A stretch of 64,000 bases of DNA, from the NCBI GenBank assembly GCA_014905635.1, contig JABVCE010000002.1, positions 1,798,001 through 1,862,000 on the forward strand, in the 5' to 3' direction. Each line of letters begins with the position of its first letter. Position 1 is the stretch's first letter. The notes beneath the pieces are model-generated. The model did not search any database. It was not told the DNA's origin and saw nothing but the letters and a program-made list of their open reading frames with translations. Positions 59,471 through 64,000 of the stretch are shown here, piece by piece. The DNA is from Scenedesmus sp. PABB004. Its lineage: Eukaryota. The translations under genes and the position numbers were made by a program.

Positions 59471-62400
59471 ATGAAGAACCTGGTCCTCGCGGCCGCGTCG
59501 GCCGTGGACCTGGACCTGGGGCCCGCGGGCGGGCGGGACGACCCGGTGGCCGCGTTCGCGCTCGACGGCGACGGCCTGCTCTATGCGGCGACCCGCGGCG
59601 GCACCGTGCTCTGCCTGGCCCAGGGCGGCGCCCAGGTGCGGGCCCCGGGGCGCAGTCCCCGCCGGCGGCGTGGCGGGGGGATCGCGGCGGCGCGCGGCGC
59701 GGCGCGGCGGCGCGCTGCGGCCGCCGCCGCTGCCGACGGCCGCCGCTGCCGCCGCCGCGCAGCTGCTCTGGTCGGCGCCGCTGTTCCCGGACGGCGCACC
59801 GCCGCAGCCACCGGGCGGCGCGCTCGTGGTTGGGCTCGCGCACGTGCTGGAGCTCGACGCGGTCTTCGTGGCGTGCGGCAGCGGCGAGCTGCTGCTGCTG
59901 CACACCGCGAGCCGCTCCGTGGAGGAGGTCGGCGCCGTGGCGGGCGGGCTCGTCGCCGCGGGGTGGAGCCCCGACGGCGAGCTGCTCGCGCTGCTGGGCG
60001 CGGGCCGGCTGCTGCTGCTGATGAGCAAGGTGCGGCGCCGCAGCCCCGCGGGGGCCGCCGCCGCGCGGCTGGCAGCCGCCGCCCACCGCCGCCCGCGCGC
60101 GCGCCGCCGCAGGAGTGGGAGGTGCTGGCGGAGGTCGCCGTGCCTGGCCCTGACGACGGCGCGGCGCTGCTGTCCGCGTCGCTGAGCTGGCGCGGCGACA
60201 GCCGCTTCCTGGCCACCAACACGCTCTGGAGCGGCCAGGCGGCGCCCGCAGCGGCAGCAGCGGGGCGGTCGCAGCAGCAGCAGGAGCAGCAGGAGCAGGT
60301 GGAGCAGGGTCAGGTGACGCAGGTGCAGCAGGAGCAGCAGGAGCAGCAGGAGCAGCAGCCGTCGCCCTGTCGGCTGCTGCACGTCTGGGACCGCGACGGC
60401 TGCCAGCTGCACGCGACGGGCCAGCCGGCGGCGGGGCTGGCGGCGCCCATCGCGTGGCAGCCCAACGGCCGGCACCTCTATGCGGCGTGCGCCGTGGCGC
60501 CGGCGGCGCCCGACCCCGCGGCGGCCGCCACGGCGGGCTTCACGAGCAAGGGCGAGCCGCTGCGCGAGGCACCGCACCAGGCGCCAGCGGCCGCAGCGGC
60601 GGCGGCGGGCGGCCAGGCGCCGGCGACGCCGAGCAGCTGCGCGCCGCCGGGCGGCGGCGGCTGGCTGCAGCACGTGCTGCTGTTTGAGCGCAACGGCCTG
60701 CAGCACGGCGGCTTTGACGTGCCGACGCACAGCCTCGATGGCGGCGGCGGCGACAGCGGCGGCAGCGGCCTAGTCATCCACGCGCTGACCTGGAGCGCAG
60801 ACTCGGAGCTGCTGGCGGTGGTGCTGGCGCCTGCCGGCGCGGGCCAGGGCGGCGGCGGCAGCGGCGGCGGCGGCGGCACGCATGAGTGGCACGTGCAGGT
60901 GTGCGCGCCTGGCCTGGGCTGCGCTGGGCACGCGCCGTCCCCCCCCCCCCCCCCCGCTCACAGCGCCGCCGTCGCCTCGCCTCGCCGCGCCGCACGCGCA
61001 GCTGTGGCACCGCAGCAACTGGCACTGGTATCTGAAGCACGAGCAGCTGACCAGCCTGCCGGAGTCGGCGGGCGCGCTGCTGGCGGCGTGGGACGAGGCG
61101 CAGGCGGGGCGGCTGCACCTGCTCGCCGGCAGCGGGGCGTACTCGCGCCTCGACTTTGACTGGGAGGCCAGCATCAGCGCGCGCGGCACGGCCGCGGTCG
61201 TGGACGGCCACCAGCTCCTCATCACGCCGCTCAGGTGCGTGGGCGCGCCCCTGGCGGGGCGGCGCCACTGCAGCGGCGCCGACGAGCGGGGGGCCCGGGG
61301 CGCGGCGGCGCGCTTGTCCCACGCCGCGCCGCGCCGCGCCGCGCTGCGCAGGCACTGCCAGGTGCCGCCGCCGATGTGCGCGGTGCGCGCGCTGCTGCCG
61401 CGCCCCGCCAACGCGCTGGCCTGGCTGGACGGCGACGTGGCGGCGGACCTCGGCGAGGACGGGCAGCCGCCGCCGGGCGACGCCGGATGCGAGGGCGGCG
61501 GCGACGTGCTGTCGCGCGGGCTGTGCGAGGTGCTGGCGGTGGTGCTGTCGGACGGCCAGCTCGTGTTCCTGCGCAGCGTGGAGTCAGACCTCTGGGAGGA
61601 GACGCTGGAGGACCAGGCCGCGCTGGGAGGGCCGCGCGGCTACCTGCTGCCCCTGGGCTTTGGGCCGCCCGCAGGCGCCGGCGCAGCGGCGCCGGGTGCC
61701 GGCGGGCTGCCGATGCCGTCGGGGCCCTGGACGCCGCTGGACGAGCCCAGCAGCGGCGGTGGCGGCGGCACCGGCGGCGGCGGTGGCGGCGGAGGGCTGA
61801 GCAGCGCGGTCACGACCAGCAAGGCGGCGGGGCACTGGGTGCTGCAGCGGCAGCGCCGCGTGCTGCTGCCGTCGCGGCCGGAAGGCGGCGCGCCCGCGCC
61901 GCCCATCCCGCTCGCCGAGGGCCGCACGGTGCTGGGGCTGGTGTGGCTGAGCGCGACGCGCCTGCTGCTGCTGGCCGCGCCGTACCCGGCCGCTGAGGGC
62001 CTGGAGGACGGCGAGGGCACGGTGCTGGTGGAGGTGGCCGCCCGCCTGCCGCCCGGCCTCGGCGCGGCGGGGCCGGCCGGCTTTGCGCCGTGCGCAGCGC
62101 CCGAGGCGGAGGCGGTCGCGACGAGCTATGCGGGCGCGCGCGTGCTGGCCGTGGCACCGCGCCCCGGCGGCGGCGCGCTGCTGCAGGTCGACGGTGGGCG
62201 GCTGCTGAGCTACGCGCCCGGCTGCGGCGCGGCGCCGCTGCCGGCGGCGGCGGCCTTCCCCACGGGCTGCCGCCGCATGCTCGCGCTGCCGACGGGCGGC
62301 GGCGGGCCGGCGGCCTCGGCGGCCGCGGCGCGCGTGGCGCGCGTCGCTGCGGGCGCGCCCGCGGTGGGGCTGTCGCCGAGCGGCTGCCTGTTCTGGGGCG

Positions 62401-64000
62401 CCAAGCTGCTCGCGCCCGACGTGACGAGCGTCGCGGCGCGCGGCGGCGGCGCGGGCGGCCCCGCGCTGCTGTTCACCACCAGGCAGGCGCTGCTGTTCGT
62501 CGTCATGGTCGCCGAGCTGCCCGCGTACGCGCACACGCTGGTGCGCGGCCGCCGCGCGCCACGCGCCGCGCCGGCCTCGCGCTCGCGCGCGCGCGCGCGC
62601 TCGCCCACGTCGCCCGCCGCCGCCGCCGCCGCCGCCGACGGCCGGCTGCCGCCGCCGGCGCGACGTTTTGCGCCGCAGCCCGACGGCGCGAGCGTGGCGC
62701 TGAGCTGGCGGCCGAGGGAGTACGCGGGCGAGCTGCGCGCGGCGATGGCCGCGGCGATGCGCCCCGCCGGCGCGGCCGCGGCGGCGCGCGACCCGCCCGT
62801 GCGCGCGATCGAGCAGGGTGAGCGGGCGCCCGCGCCGCCCCGCTTGCCCTGCCGAGTTTTCCAGCGCCGAGCGCTGTCCCTGAGCGCGCCGCCACACGCC
62901 GCACGCCGCGCGGCGCAGGCGGCGTGCTGCTGGCCAGCCCCTGGGGCGGCGTCGGCGCGGTGCTCCAGATGCCGCGCGGCAACCTCGAGGGCGTGTCGCC
63001 GCGCCTGCTCGTGCTCGCCGCCGTCGTCGCGGCGCTGGGCGCGCGCGCGTACGGCCGGGCCTGGGCGCTCGCTGTCACGCACCGCGTCGACCTCAACCTG
63101 CTGGTTGACTACGCCTGGCCCTCCTTCCTCGCCGCCGCGCCCGCGTTTGTCGACGCCGTGCCCGCGCCCGCCGACCTCGCCGACCTGCTGTCCGCGCTGC
63201 GCCCGGACAGCGTGCTCGCGCCCGGCGGCGCGTACGCGGCCCTCGCCGGCGCGCTGGGCTGGGGCGCGCCCGGCGCGGCGGCGGCGCCCGGCGGCGGCCC
63301 CGGCGCGCCCGCGCTCGGCGGCGCCGGCGCGGCCGGCGGCGGCGGCGGCAAGGTGTCGGCGGTGTGCGCCGCGGTGCGCGGCGCCGTGCTGGCGCTGCCG
63401 GGGCGCTACGCGGCGGGGCACCTTACGACCGTGGTGGTCTCGTACGCGCGCTCCGAGCCGCCCAGCCTCGAGGCGGCGCTCGCGGCGATACGGGAGGTCA
63501 AGGAGGCGTCGGTCGGCGGGCCGCGCCCGCCCGCGCCGCCGCACGCGGCCGCGGCCGCGGCCGCCGGCGCGGACGCCGCCGCCGCGGCGGCGGCGGCGGT
63601 CGCGCCGACGCCGGGCGAGGCGGGCGACGGCGGGCGCGGCGCGCTCGGCGCCGCGGCGGACGACGCGCTGCGGCACCTGCTGCTGCACGTGAGCGTCGAC
63701 ACGCTCTACCGCACGGCGCTGGGTCTGTACGACCTGCCCCTTGCCTTCATGGTCGTCAGCCACAGCCAGAAGGACCCCGGCGAGTACCTGGCGCAGCTGC
63801 AGGCCTTTGGCGCGGCGCCGAGCGAGGCGCTGCGCCGCCACGCGATCGACGCGGCGCTCGGGCGCCACGGCCGCGCGCTCAACGCGCTCGTCGACGCGGG
63901 GCCGGCCCACTTTGGCGACGCGCTGCGCCTCGCGCGCGAGCGCGGCCTGCTGCGGCAGCTGCTCGCGCGCACGCAGGCGGCCGCGGACGCCGAGGCGGCC
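59471..64000 (+). CDS. ELP1: Elongator complex protein 1 (ELP1/IKI3), 5' part; continues past the window edge
   Basis: MKNLVL, VEEVGAVAGGLVAAGWSPDGELLA, LSWRGDSRFLA, IAWQPNG, LFERNGLQHGGF, WSADSELLA, LWHRSNWHWYLK, VPPPM, VRAIEQG, LQMPRGNLEGVSPR, HRVDLNLLVD and LYRTALGLYD...SQKDPGEYL. Confidence 0.95.

Noticed and set aside
1..64000. Hundreds of long overlapping Arg/Ala/Pro/Gly-rich ORFs (e.g. 1995-6812 -, 4897-8172 +, 47577-50072 +)
   Set aside because: Stop codons are rare at ~80% GC. These are antisense or off-frame shadows, or read-throughs of introns in the real spliced genes.

Overview
This is 64 kb of extremely GC-rich (about 80% by eye), gene-dense, intron-rich eukaryotic nuclear DNA, most consistent with a chlorophyte green alga. 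That placement is an inference from the plant-type TOM20, DUF4079 and mTERF genes and the short GC-rich introns. The six-frame ORF track is mostly GC artefact, so I rebuilt about 24 spliced genes by hand. In order they are: DUF4079 membrane protein, LRR/FAM194-like protein, mTERF, a secreted Cys-rich protein, an orphan modular gene (copy A), heme oxygenase-like, TLC-domain, importin-7/SAD2, a Nudix-IF-2B fusion, EngB GTPase, the orphan gene again (copy B), CDCA7-like zinc finger, TSPO, NAA38/LSM, a NudC-Janus(PHPT1) fusion, a low-complexity hypothetical protein, COP-zeta, TOM20, DEK, tandem CCCH protein, PH-domain protein, LYR protein, PheRS-beta and ELP1 (partial). The main structural oddities are: (1) a ~2.6-3 kb inverted duplication enclosing five genes, carrying an orphan gene built from tandem exon+intron modules that differ in number between copies; copy B also has a frameshift, a single telomere-repeat insertion and a 21-bp flanking direct repeat; (2) a 324-bp near-perfect direct repeat flanking the CCCH gene; (3) two Nudix fusion enzymes; (4) many GC-AG introns; (5) an AT-rich palindromic minisatellite in a PheRS intron. 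I saw no rRNA, tRNA, CRISPR array or transposase. Exon boundaries are read by eye and need RNA-seq confirmation.
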